From the UHGV virus genome UHGV-1335354: a stretch of DNA of 16,228 nucleotides. One strand, given 5' to 3'. The position numbers and the translations under genes are program-made. This document shows positions 1 to 7,345 of this stretch, piece after piece. This stretch comes from a virus. The notes beneath the pieces are model-generated. The model made no database searches. It was not told the origin of the DNA and saw nothing but the letters and a program-made list of their open reading frames with translations. The first letter of the stretch is position 1, and each line of letters starts with the position of its first letter.

Positions 1-55
1 AGAACGAGAGCTTCCCAAGCTCTATACGAGGGTTCGATTCCCTTCGCCCGCTCCA
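1..55 (+). tRNA. glyU: tRNA-Gly (anticodon CCC), 5' part cut by window edge; its 3' end is the attL side of the island
   Basis: Sequence matches the 3' two-thirds of enterobacterial tRNA-Gly(CCC) as I recall it: anticodon loop CTTCCCAAG, T-arm GGTTCGATTCC, acceptor 3' strand CGCCCGC, discriminator and CCA at 53-55. Confidence 0.9.
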
Positions 56-70
56 GAATCTCCCCAGGTG

Positions 71-93
71 GAGAAGACTAAAAAAGTCTTCTC
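71..93. other. perfect 8-bp stem hairpin (GAGAAGAC / GTCTTCTC, 7-nt A-rich loop) just downstream of the tRNA; no U-tract
   Basis: Inverted repeat read directly from the sequence; function unknown (tRNA 3' processing or att-associated structure). Confidence 0.3.
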
Positions 94-552
94 TGTCAGC
101 AACTTAAACAGTTACCTATTTAATTTGCTTAGGAGTTCTACCATTGTGATCCGCCCTTAGTAACTGTCACGTTAAGTTACACGGTGAGATGACAGTATAA
201 CCTAACGTTGGCGGCAGTTGCACCTCTCACACCGCGATAGCACAACGTGAAGATAAAGCCCATCCTGGCATTGTAATGTCATCGACAGACTGAACACACG
301 CATTTAAGCCCGATGTGCGGCCTTGTGGCTGCGTAAACAGGTTTATGGTGATATTGGTCCTTGCAAACCATATGCAAGCTCTATCAGCGTTTCAGCCACG
401 CTCCCAACGGGTACACGGTTATCCTGATAAGGTGTGATCTTTCTGACAATCTGATGAAGTCGCTACGCTCCCGCTTGTTGCTGTATCACCAACGGGGCTT
501 TATGGTTTCTATTGTCTATAATAATCTCACAATTCCCCTGCATGAGGTTGAT

Positions 553-759
553 ATGACTGTTAGCTACAAGATTACTTATGAGCATAGAGACGGTGATCAA
601 ATTAGAATGGAAGAGGTTTTATTCCATTCAGAGCATGAACCAACAAAAGATGAAATTCATGATGCAGTAAGAAAAGACACTGTGAGATTTAATTCTCCAT
701 CTAATGGAGTAACGGCTGTTTCAGGGTTTAAAGTGATTTCGGTTGTCCCTGTTCCATGA
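553..759 (+). CDS. hypothetical small protein (~68 aa); the ORF track extends it to 361 only via a TTG codon
   Basis: ATG at 553 preceded by GAGG 5 nt upstream; open frame to stop at 759; followed by a hairpin. No family recognised. Confidence 0.35.
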   Translation: MTVSYKITYEHRDGDQIRMEEVLFHSEHEPTKDEIHDAVRKDTVRFNSPSNGVTAVSGFKVISVVPVP

Positions 760-770
760 ATGGTTATAGA

Positions 771-787
771 AGGGGCTGGAAGCCCCT
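771..787. terminator. short hairpin between convergent genes (AGGGGCT-GGA-AGCCCCT), candidate bidirectional terminator
   Basis: 7-bp perfect GC-rich stem with 3-nt loop between the stop at 759 (+) and the stop at 793 (-); flanking sequence AT-rich on both sides. Confidence 0.45.
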
Positions 788-792
788 AATTA

Positions 793-1113
793 TTACTTCT
801 TAATATCGCCAGTGCATTGATATTCGATAGTCACAAGTGTTTGCATACAACCAGATGAAGAAGGTTGTGAACATTGAGAAGTGAATCCACCAAAAGGCTC
901 GGCTCCTGAATATCCCCAAGCGGCACAACGCGCTTTGGCTGCATTCATGCCTTGTTGTGGATCTACAACAGGACTTTCAAACATACCGTAAGAATAACTC
1001 ATCCTAACTGTGCCGTCTGATTTGCTTCCACCAGTTGGAACGAGTTGTTTTTTTGTTGCACATCCAGAAATAATCAATGTTGAAGCAAGTAACAGCATTA
1101 AACTTTTGCGCAT
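793..1113 (-). CDS. putative lipoprotein (106 aa) with six cysteines in the mature part
   Basis: N-terminus MRKSLMLLLASTLIISGC has a signal peptide plus lipobox (I-S-G-C) typical of signal peptidase II substrates; no specific family assigned. Confidence 0.6.
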   Translation of the reverse strand: MRKSLMLLLASTLIISGCATKKQLVPTGGSKSDGTVRMSYSYGMFESPVVDPQQGMNAAKARCAAWGYSGAEPFGGFTSQCSQPSSSGCMQTLVTIEYQCTGDIKK

Positions 1114-1257
1114 GTAAATAATCCCAAGAGATAATGGTTATGTATTGATTTAAAGCGTTTTTAGATTAATGCATTAACTTAGCAAAATTAAGTCTTTTCT
1201 GATTGTTTGCAGAGTAAAAATGAGTTGCTTTCGAAATTATTTCGGATGTTTATTGTA

Positions 1258-1425
1258 TTACGGTTTTTCAAACCGTCTAACTATTGTCGCTATTGAATGG
1301 GCAATAATAGCAAGAGGATTCATTTCGTCATTGGAGGCAACAAAAAGTCGGTAACTGATAGCTACAACGAATGAAACAATAACGAGAAAGCGGATAGTGC
1401 TAAGATGTTTTGAAGATAAATGCAT
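1258..1425 (-). CDS. unannotated small hydrophobic protein (55 aa), candidate membrane peptide
   Basis: Hand-translated minus-strand ORF MHLSSKHLSTIRFLVIVSFVVAISYRLFVASNDEMNPLAIIAHSIATIVRRFEKP; ATG preceded by AGGGGG Shine-Dalgarno ~5 nt upstream; absent from the ORF track because it is under 60 aa. Confidence 0.4.
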   Translation of the reverse strand: MHLSSKHLSTIRFLVIVSFVVAISYRLFVASNDEMNPLAIIAHSIATIVRRFEKP

Positions 1426-1765
1426 AACGCCCCCTAAATGAATGTGAGGGGGATTAAATCATGCAAATTTGTTGTGTGCAATACTGGTAATTTATCCTAA
1501 TAGTCTACTATTCACCTCAATCTACGTCAACCAATATTTGATGTAGATTTGATTTTCTTTTAAAAACAATATGTTGCAATTTGTTGGGTTTTGGGGTTAG
1601 GTTGTTTTTTGGACGTTTCCATCAAGTGTAAAGATACGTTTAGCCTTCATAGTGAGTTCAGTTACTGTCTTTTTCTCTGAAATCGGCGCATACGTGATCA
1701 TCGCTTAACGAGAAGATCAGCGCCGTCAGGTCCATGCAGCGACAATTCTGAAATATCAGGAGGCA

Positions 1766-2317
1766 TTACGCTTCCTGCTCTTTCTTGATACGTTGCACCG
1801 TCTGTGTGCTGACACTGAAATCTTTTGCTACGCTCCGAATTGATCCACCATTCGCGAGAGCGGCAACAATTCCCGCTCGATCAATTGCTTTTCCATTACC
1901 ACGTTTTGCTATACGCCCAGCTGCCTTAGCTGCGGCGATCCCTTCACGTTGACGCTCAAGCATCATTTCACGTTCCATTTGTGCCACTGCTGCAAGCACT
2001 GTGAGCATCATATTCCCTGCGGGAGAGTTCTTCCCTGTCTTAAAGTCTTCTTTATGGAAATGCACAGACACGCCGCGCTCTGTTAATTGCTCAACCGTTG
2101 CCAGAAGGTCGGCTGTATTACGGCAAAGGCGATCAATGCTGTGAACATGCAAAACATCACCTTCCCGCACATAGTTCATCATTGCCTCAAACTGTGGGCG
2201 CTGGGTATTCTTGCCTGACGCTTTATCTTCAAAGACTTTATCAAGAGTTACTCCAGCTAATTGACGGTCTGTGTTTTGTTGCACAGTCGATACCCTAATG
2301 TATCCAATATTAGCCAT
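1766..2317 (-). CDS. serine recombinase, small resolvase/invertase type (183 aa)
   Basis: N-terminus MANIGYIRVSTVQQNTDRQ with catalytic Ser at position 10, conserved R/D residues of the resolvase catalytic domain, C-terminal HTH (GGSIRSVAKDFSVSTQTVQRI). AGGA Shine-Dalgarno upstream. Confidence 0.85.
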   Translation of the reverse strand: MANIGYIRVSTVQQNTDRQLAGVTLDKVFEDKASGKNTQRPQFEAMMNYVREGDVLHVHSIDRLCRNTADLLATVEQLTERGVSVHFHKEDFKTGKNSPAGNMMLTVLAAVAQMEREMMLERQREGIAAAKAAGRIAKRGNGKAIDRAGIVAALANGGSIRSVAKDFSVSTQTVQRIKKEQEA

Positions 2318-2551
2318 TTTCTTTATTCCTTCTGTGTTGATTTGTGTGTAGTGATTATTGATCGTGTTGATTAGGTGTGTAAAGGACTTTTTTCACTACG
2401 AAATTCGAAGGTTTTTAGTGTGGTGATTTAGCCTGCTTTATCACTACACGTCTTGCATGAGAATCATGTAGTTACATTTTGGTAAAATTAGCAAGCTATT
2501 AAATAGTGTGTTTATTTTGAAAAAATAATTTTTTGTTGCATTAAAGGAAAC

Positions 2552-2585
2552 TTGTTCAATAAATGGTAGAACATTTATTGAGCAA
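2552..2585. promoter_or_regulatory. 34-bp palindrome (14-bp arms, 13/14 match, 6-bp spacer): candidate protein-binding or recombination site
   Basis: TTGTTCAATAAATG-gtagaa-CATTTATTGAGCAA read from the sequence, ~235 bp upstream of the serine recombinase start. Confidence 0.35.
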
Positions 2586-2940
2586 CAATTTTGCAGTGAT
2601 ACGCTATATGCCGCATTACATAAGGCTTTGCTGATGATAATGTAAAAGTGAAGAAAGTAAGAATTGCACTTTGAAGCTACTTTTCATTGCATTTTTTAGT
2701 ATGGAATTACACGGAATAAACTATGAATATTCTACGATTTACACGAGATATTCTTGCTGTTTAATTCCGGCTTTGGAGATCAGGCATTCGCAAGAATACG
2801 CTAACGCGTTGCCTGAAAAGCCATTGCACATAATAGAGGTGAGCGTATAGCGATACACTAATCATAACAACATCTTCTTACTTTTTAGTTAGTTAGTTGT
2901 TAGTAGGTTATTGTTATGCGCGCTATTAGCGCATGTATAA

Positions 2941-2989
2941 AGGTATCATTTTTATCTAAAGGGGCTTTAGACATTTTTGATACCTTTTT
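2941..2989 (+). terminator. bipartite hairpin (outer 8-bp and inner 6-bp stems) followed by a T-run; candidate rho-independent terminator or structured RNA
   Basis: AGGTATCA...CTAAAG-GGG-CTTTAG...TGATACCT followed by TTTTTC. Confidence 0.35.
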
Positions 2990-3025
2990 CTGTGCAAGAC
3001 ACTTACCAGTGTATAGTGCGGTTTC

Positions 3026-3077
3026 CCTACCTACCCAGGAAATGAGTTCCTACCTACCCAGGAAATGAGTTCCTACA
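3026..3077. repeat. 23-bp perfect tandem direct repeat, 2.3 copies (CCTACCTACCCAGGAAATGAGTT)
   Basis: Copies at 3026-3048 and 3049-3071 are identical, followed by partial copy CCTACA. Confidence 0.9.
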
Positions 3078-3084
3078 ATACTAT

Positions 3085-3106
3085 AATTAAACTACAATTA
3101 AACTAT
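3085..3106. repeat. 11-bp AT-rich tandem repeat x2 (AATTAAACTAC / AATTAAACTAT)
   Basis: Read directly from the sequence, immediately after the 23-bp repeats. Confidence 0.7.
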
Positions 3107-3239
3107 CTTTTATAAATTCTTTTATCTTTTAAAGAATAATTATAGGGATACCCGTTAGGGAGTCTTCGACTATCCCTTAATCTATTGGCATTCGCCAGAA
3201 CCTTGCACAAGTTAGACTGATGCTTGTCATAACAGATAG

Positions 3240-3287
3240 TTTTTGTTTTTTGTTTTTTGTTTTTTGTTTTTTGTTTTTTGTTTTTTG
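3240..3287. repeat. heptanucleotide microsatellite (TTTTTTG), about 7 units
   Basis: G at 3245, 3252, 3259, 3266, 3273, 3280 and 3287 with T6 between each; perfect periodicity of 7. Confidence 0.95.
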
Positions 3288-3943
3288 TTAGTAGTTAGCT
3301 GATCTATGTTCGCTTTCCGCTCACAACGAATATGTAATCTACTATGTGCAAATAGCCTACGGCTTGCGTATGGCTAATAGTCTTGCGCTGTGCGCAGAAC
3401 GATAATTAACTAACTACCATCTAACGATTGAAATTTACTTGTGCAATAACCTGAGCGTAAGCGAATGGTTGTTAGTGTCGCGTTACCCTTTGGGGATGCT
3501 AACGCATAACATGACAAAACAACCAACAACAAAAAAGAAAGAATGGTTTTTGTAGTTGAAGGTTAAATAAGATTCTACCGCTTAAATCAAGCCGTAGGCG
3601 AGCTTAACAGGGTAATGTAAGGGAAACACCTTAGCGGTAATAGATTAGCTCGTTACAGAGCTTCTGAGAACTTTGCAGGTATTTTATAAGATGTCTGAAA
3701 TCAGAGTTTATCTATCCACCATCTTTCCATCATCTGATAAATCAAAAATAAGACCCTTAAATAAGCCTCTGACGAGATAAACAACCTCTACATAAGGGAA
3801 TGTATTGTTTTTATCAAAACCCCGTCAGAGTGCGATTGAGAGCGTTTTAGACAACAGGGAAGAATTGTACCAGAGTAGGCAGCACAAAAAGCTAAGAAAA
3901 ATTATAAGAAATTGAAAATGATCAAATTTTTTATAAAAGAGGG

Positions 3944-3972
3944 TTGACAAAGCCGCCGTTATGTAGTATTGT
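3944..3972 (+). promoter_or_regulatory. candidate sigma70 promoter for the rightward small-gene operon
   Basis: TTGACA (3944-3949), 17-bp spacer, TATTGT (3967-3972); about 115 bp upstream of the first gene. Confidence 0.45.
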
Positions 3973-4088
3973 AAGTAGGGAGGGGAGAAACATCTCTCTC
4001 CATCTAAATAATCAAATCACAGAACACTGCACTTTGAGCCGTCAGGCTGCAAGGTGTGTTTTTCTTTTATCTAAATAAGGAGTTTTTT

Positions 4089-4271
4089 ATGAAATGGTAT
4101 ACACCGGAACACGTCGTAGAGGCATTTAAAAAAGGTGAGCTAACACGACATCAAGTAAGGATGAACAGGAACACAGCGCGGCGCTGTGGTTATCCAGAGC
4201 GTGAAAAATGCTTTGACGATGCACTAAAAATTATTGATGAACTGCGTAAGGCAGAAGCAGAGAAAGAATAA
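4089..4271 (+). CDS. hypothetical small protein (60 aa); ORF track start 4056 is probably too far upstream
   Basis: ATG at 4089 preceded by TAAGGAG at optimal spacing; protein MKWYTPEHVVEAFKKGELTRHQVRMNRNTARRCGYPEREKCFDDALKIIDELRKAEAEKE. Confidence 0.5.
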   Translation: MKWYTPEHVVEAFKKGELTRHQVRMNRNTARRCGYPEREKCFDDALKIIDELRKAEAEKE

Positions 4272-4294
4272 TAACAGGAGAAGGAGAAAACCAA

Positions 4295-4471
4295 ATGAAT
4301 ATTAATTTTGATTCTGCAACTTATAACGCGTTGTTAAATCGTGCAAAGGCAGAAGGGAAATCAATTCCAAAACTTGTTAATGAATTACTAATTACAGTCC
4401 TTACAAAGGAGGAACTAAATGAACCAAAACACCAAAACAATTGCCGAAGCAAAAGCGCAATGCCTCAATAA
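4295..4471 (+). CDS. unannotated small ORF (58 aa), possible ribbon-helix-helix (CopG/Arc-like) DNA-binding protein
   Basis: Hand-translated: MNINFDSATYNALLNRAKAEGKSIPKLVNELLITVLTKEELNEPKHQNNCRSKSAMPQ; GGAGAAGGAG upstream; N-terminal 40 aa resemble an RHH fold by composition; overlaps the next gene by 53 nt in another frame. Confidence 0.4.
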   Translation: MNINFDSATYNALLNRAKAEGKSIPKLVNELLITVLTKEELNEPKHQNNCRSKSAMPQ

Positions 4472-5084
4472 GAAAGATAGTAAACAAACATATGTAGTAG
4501 TTGAACAATGGCTGAAGATGTTTAAAAAGTGGTTCTCACCGTCAGGTAAGGAATACACCGCGACACTTCCAGCCGTTGAAATCTACAGTTACGTAGCTGG
4601 GTTCAATGAACAAGGGCAAGAATGTTACGCCAATCAAAAAACATTAGCTAATATTGGAATGGTTAGTGATCGTCAGGTGCGTAATATTATAAATATGTTT
4701 ATTGATATGGGTGTTCTTTCTGTAGAGGCACGGGACGGGCAAACATCACTCTATAAAGCATTACCCTTTACAGATGCACACATCACACCACCGGAAGACG
4801 TAAAAACCTCTGTAAACGTAGAACAGCCTGCACCTGAAACACAGGAACCGTTAGAAGCGACACACTCTATTGAGCAGGAAACACAGGCAGAAATCACGGA
4901 ACAATCTGATCTTTTTACATGGCTTATTTCCATAGACAGCCAAAAGCCTATGCAAGAAGAAACAGAAAATTTTATAAAACGTGCACTGACCTCGAAGAGG
5001 ATAATTCTTGAAGATGATGCTTTTAATGCACTGATGATAGCCCTGAGAAAAGAAAGTGAAATCTATGACTCAATACCATTTTAA
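4419..5084 (+). CDS. putative winged-helix/HTH DNA-binding protein (221 aa), replication-initiator-like or regulator, with acidic low-complexity C-terminal half
   Basis: AAGGAGG Shine-Dalgarno 7 nt upstream; central segment ECYANQKTLANIGMVSDRQVRNIINMFIDMGVLSV resembles HTH modules of phage/plasmid replication initiators; no Walker motif. Confidence 0.55.
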   Translation: MNQNTKTIAEAKAQCLNKKDSKQTYVVVEQWLKMFKKWFSPSGKEYTATLPAVEIYSYVAGFNEQGQECYANQKTLANIGMVSDRQVRNIINMFIDMGVLSVEARDGQTSLYKALPFTDAHITPPEDVKTSVNVEQPAPETQEPLEATHSIEQETQAEITEQSDLFTWLISIDSQKPMQEETENFIKRALTSKRIILEDDAFNALMIALRKESEIYDSIPF

Positions 5085-5096
5085 GGAGAATAAAAA

Positions 5097-5354
5097 ATGA
5101 AATACAACCTGACATTAAACAAACGAACATTCGAAATTACAGAAAGCGGCTACACACTGGCAAAACAGATCGCTGATAGCAATTATAAGCTACCCGCGAT
5201 TATCAGCTTTCAGGAGTTACCGCACAGTAAAGAACACACACAGCATTGGCTAAATCACCTAAGCCATTTTGGGGTAATTCAGTATGAAGCTGTGAATAGT
5301 CAGACGTTCCGTTTGCTCGAGGTAAACCCGTTTGAATTGTGGATGACACTGTGA
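5097..5354 (+). CDS. hypothetical protein (85 aa)
   Basis: ATG preceded by AAGGAG; part of the co-oriented operon; no family recognised. Confidence 0.5.
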   Translation: MKYNLTLNKRTFEITESGYTLAKQIADSNYKLPAIISFQELPHSKEHTQHWLNHLSHFGVIQYEAVNSQTFRLLEVNPFELWMTL

Positions 5355-5557
5355 TCATATTCGATGGCGAATTTTCACAAGAAATCTTTCTGCAATATTT
5401 ACGGGAAAGAACGGGAATGATTCTGTTTGATTCTGAGTTTTCCGGTGTGGTAGGTGAGCAATTTTTATATGCTCTTCTCGATAACCTAAGTAAACAAGGA
5501 TTATTGCAGTATACAAAAACTCATATGAAAGCATTCAGAATCGACTCTGTAGCTTAA
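5339..5557 (+). CDS. hypothetical protein (72 aa), GTG start overlapping the upstream gene
   Basis: Open frame with GTG at 5339 overlapping the preceding stop; no family recognised. Confidence 0.35.
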   Translation: MDDTVIIFDGEFSQEIFLQYLRERTGMILFDSEFSGVVGEQFLYALLDNLSKQGLLQYTKTHMKAFRIDSVA

Positions 5558-5685
5558 AACAAACAACAAACAACTATCAAACATCTTGAAGGGTGAAACA
5601 ATGGAAAGCTTAATATTTTTCTTAGTATTTATGATCGCTTCCTTTTTTAACACTGCAACAAGAAAAACAAAACGAAGGGGAAGCA

Positions 5686-6066
5686 ATGAGCAAGAAAAAA
5701 GGCAAGAAAAACGTAATAACAACTATTGGCGAAGCATGTGATCAGTATGCGTTAAACAATCCTCGCAAATATAATTATGAGCATGATGCACAACCAGGCG
5801 AGGAATTGATCTTTATACTTGAAGAACCAAGCCCAGAATTGACAGACGAAGAATTATCAATCATTCAAAGTATGGATGGTGTTTACTTCAATCCGCGCCC
5901 ACGCAAAACAACAATCATTGATAGTAGTCTTCTTAAAAGATGGCAGTGTTTAGGCTTCCAGGATATGAATCATTTTCGTGGCTACATGGCTCTTAATAGT
6001 TTGCAGTATGCAGGCGCAAGAGAGACAGAGTTACTTATGCTTGAAAGAATAAAAATAGACGATTAA
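5686..6066 (+). CDS. hypothetical protein (126 aa), lysine-rich N-terminus
   Basis: ATG preceded by GAAGGGGAAG; no family recognised. Confidence 0.5.
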   Translation: MSKKKGKKNVITTIGEACDQYALNNPRKYNYEHDAQPGEELIFILEEPSPELTDEELSIIQSMDGVYFNPRPRKTTIIDSSLLKRWQCLGFQDMNHFRGYMALNSLQYAGARETELLMLERIKIDD

Positions 6067-6107
6067 CAGCGTTGGCTGAATATAACCCTTAACAAAAGGA
6101 AAATAAA

Positions 6108-6329
6108 ATGATTAACAAAGCAATTTTAGAGACAACCACTTTTCATGATCTTAAGCTTCTTTCAGAATGTTTTATAAATATTATTGAACGTGCAAAGGAA
6201 GAGAACGATCTGGCAACTCTGGATGACGTTGTAGACAACATTGCAACTTATAAAATCCCGCTCACTATTGCTATGAAGAAAGCACGCGAAGCACAACAAA
6301 AATTAGAACAATTAGAGGAAGTGGCATAA
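6108..6329 (+). CDS. hypothetical small acidic protein (73 aa)
   Basis: ATG preceded by AAAGGAAA; stop overlaps the next start (ATAATGA). Confidence 0.5.
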   Translation: MINKAILETTTFHDLKLLSECFINIIERAKEENDLATLDDVVDNIATYKIPLTIAMKKAREAQQKLEQLEEVA

Positions 6330-6643
6330 TGAGCGAAGTTCACACCGTAACTATTCAGCTATACGATTTAATCATCGACCTTCAAAAATCTGTTAACGAA
6401 GCCATAGAAGATCCGACAGAATTTAATATAGGAAAAGCCGTTCTCAATCTTCAATCTCTACATGATGCAATGTCAATGTTAGTTGTAGCTTGTGAGGAGG
6501 CCGAAGGCGGGAAAGTTGATGCAGAAGATCTTGCAAACTTCAATCTCATGTTGGCTGATTGTAGTTGTGTTGTTCAAAGTGCAATAGAAGACTTACAGCC
6601 GCTTATTGATAACCTGTTAAGGGGTAAGCATGAGCAACTTTAA
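6329..6643 (+). CDS. hypothetical strongly acidic protein (104 aa)
   Basis: GAGGAAG Shine-Dalgarno; Asp/Glu-rich composition; translationally coupled to neighbours. Confidence 0.5.
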   Translation: MSEVHTVTIQLYDLIIDLQKSVNEAIEDPTEFNIGKAVLNLQSLHDAMSMLVVACEEAEGGKVDAEDLANFNLMLADCSCVVQSAIEDLQPLIDNLLRGKHEQL

Positions 6644-6863
6644 AACTAAGCGTGTGGAGTGCCTGGCGCTCTCTGAGATGGGCGTGTCCTGCGCCTGTTT
6701 CACCATTGGAAAGATCTATACCGGACTACTGAACACAGAGAATAGCTTGATGGTTATCACTGATGACAACGGCAACAACCAGGCGGTTGTAGTGGGCGGT
6801 GCGTGTGCTTTCGGTAGCTGGAAACTGACTACAAAGAAAAATGAAAATAGCACGAATAGCTAA
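6630..6863 (+). CDS. hypothetical small cysteine-containing protein (77 aa)
   Basis: AAGGGG upstream; overlaps the upstream stop; local GC higher than neighbours. Confidence 0.45.
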   Translation: MSNFKTKRVECLALSEMGVSCACFTIGKIYTGLLNTENSLMVITDDNGNNQAVVVGGACAFGSWKLTTKKNENSTNS

Positions 6864-6872
6864 AGATATACA

Positions 6873-6901
6873 TTGACTTTATAACAAGAATGTTATATAA
6901 T
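6873..6901 (+). promoter_or_regulatory. near-consensus sigma70 promoter with no convincing ATG-initiated ORF downstream
   Basis: TTGACT (6873-6878), exactly 17-bp spacer, TATAAT (6896-6901). Confidence 0.45.
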
Positions 6902-6956
6902 AATAAATATGCTTGGAAGATGATAAAGCAAGGATTGCATATTCTCCAATTATATC

Positions 6957-7316
6957 TTACCTCTGCAGCCTCTTATTGTCAATAAGAAAATCTAAGAGAC
7001 GGCGACCGCCACGATCGCCCATCTCTTTAAAACAGTTTTTAGAAAACATCCTCGTGTTTTTCATTGTTGGGTCTGTTCTGATTAGTTTTTCCCTTTTGGT
7101 AAGCGCGGTAGTTTCATTCCTTTTCTGCCGCTGCTTATTTTCAACAAAGAAAAGTTTTCTAAAAGCTGTTTTATAACAGCCTATACCCCTATAAGTTATT
7201 GAACGTTTCTTGGCTGGGTATATGCCTTGCGGCATAAAATCACTATTAAAATTATGTTTCCAACCCGTAGCAAGTTGAGCGTAGTTGAGTGATTCCTTGT
7301 TATCTGTTCTCGCCAT
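6957..7316 (-). CDS. possible basic protein (119 aa, Lys/Arg-rich); may be spurious
   Basis: ATG-initiated minus-strand ORF, weak and poorly spaced Shine-Dalgarno, rare codons; start codon is embedded in a palindrome; lies antisense to the orphan promoter. Confidence 0.25.
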   Translation of the reverse strand: MARTDNKESLNYAQLATGWKHNFNSDFMPQGIYPAKKRSITYRGIGCYKTAFRKLFFVENKQRQKRNETTALTKREKLIRTDPTMKNTRMFSKNCFKEMGDRGGRRLLDFLIDNKRLQR

Positions 7317-7345
7317 ACCTGATGGGCGTCAGGTTATGAACAGAT
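7302..7345. promoter_or_regulatory. nested inverted repeats (outer ATCTGTTC/GAACAGAT, inner CCTGA/TCAGG): candidate operator or RNA structure
   Basis: Read from the sequence; arms share the CAGAT/CCTGAT motif with the terminator stem at 7431-7477. Confidence 0.35.

Noticed and set aside
2098-2298. 66-aa + strand ORF inside the serine recombinase gene
   Set aside because: Entirely antisense to a well-supported recombinase ORF; no ribosome-binding site; most likely a frame artefact.
3026-3300. CRISPR array
   Set aside because: Repeats are directly tandem with no spacers (23-bp x2, 7-bp x7); no repeat-spacer periodicity and no cas genes.
3800-3830. Hin/Gin-type hix half-site resemblance (TTATCAAAACC)
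   Set aside because: Only one half-site with no palindromic partner at the right spacing; likely chance in AT-rich DNA.
4751-4933. 60-aa minus-strand ORF (Cys/Ser/Gly-rich)
   Set aside because: Antisense to the low-complexity part of the 221-aa gene; odd composition; no start context.
5501-5722. 73-aa minus-strand ORF
   Set aside because: Antisense to + strand genes and their ribosome-binding sites; hydrophobic low-complexity translation typical of AT-rich antisense frames.
5601-5741. 46-aa + strand ORF with hydrophobic N-terminus and AAGGGTGA upstream
   Set aside because: Possible small membrane peptide, but its 3' third overlaps the better-supported 126-aa gene, which has its own Shine-Dalgarno; not enough evidence to call.
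6913-7176. 87-aa + strand ORF downstream of the orphan promoter
   Set aside because: Contains no ATG and is reachable only from a TTG with no Shine-Dalgarno; the hydrophobic segment alone is not enough. The region is treated as a possible noncoding RNA.
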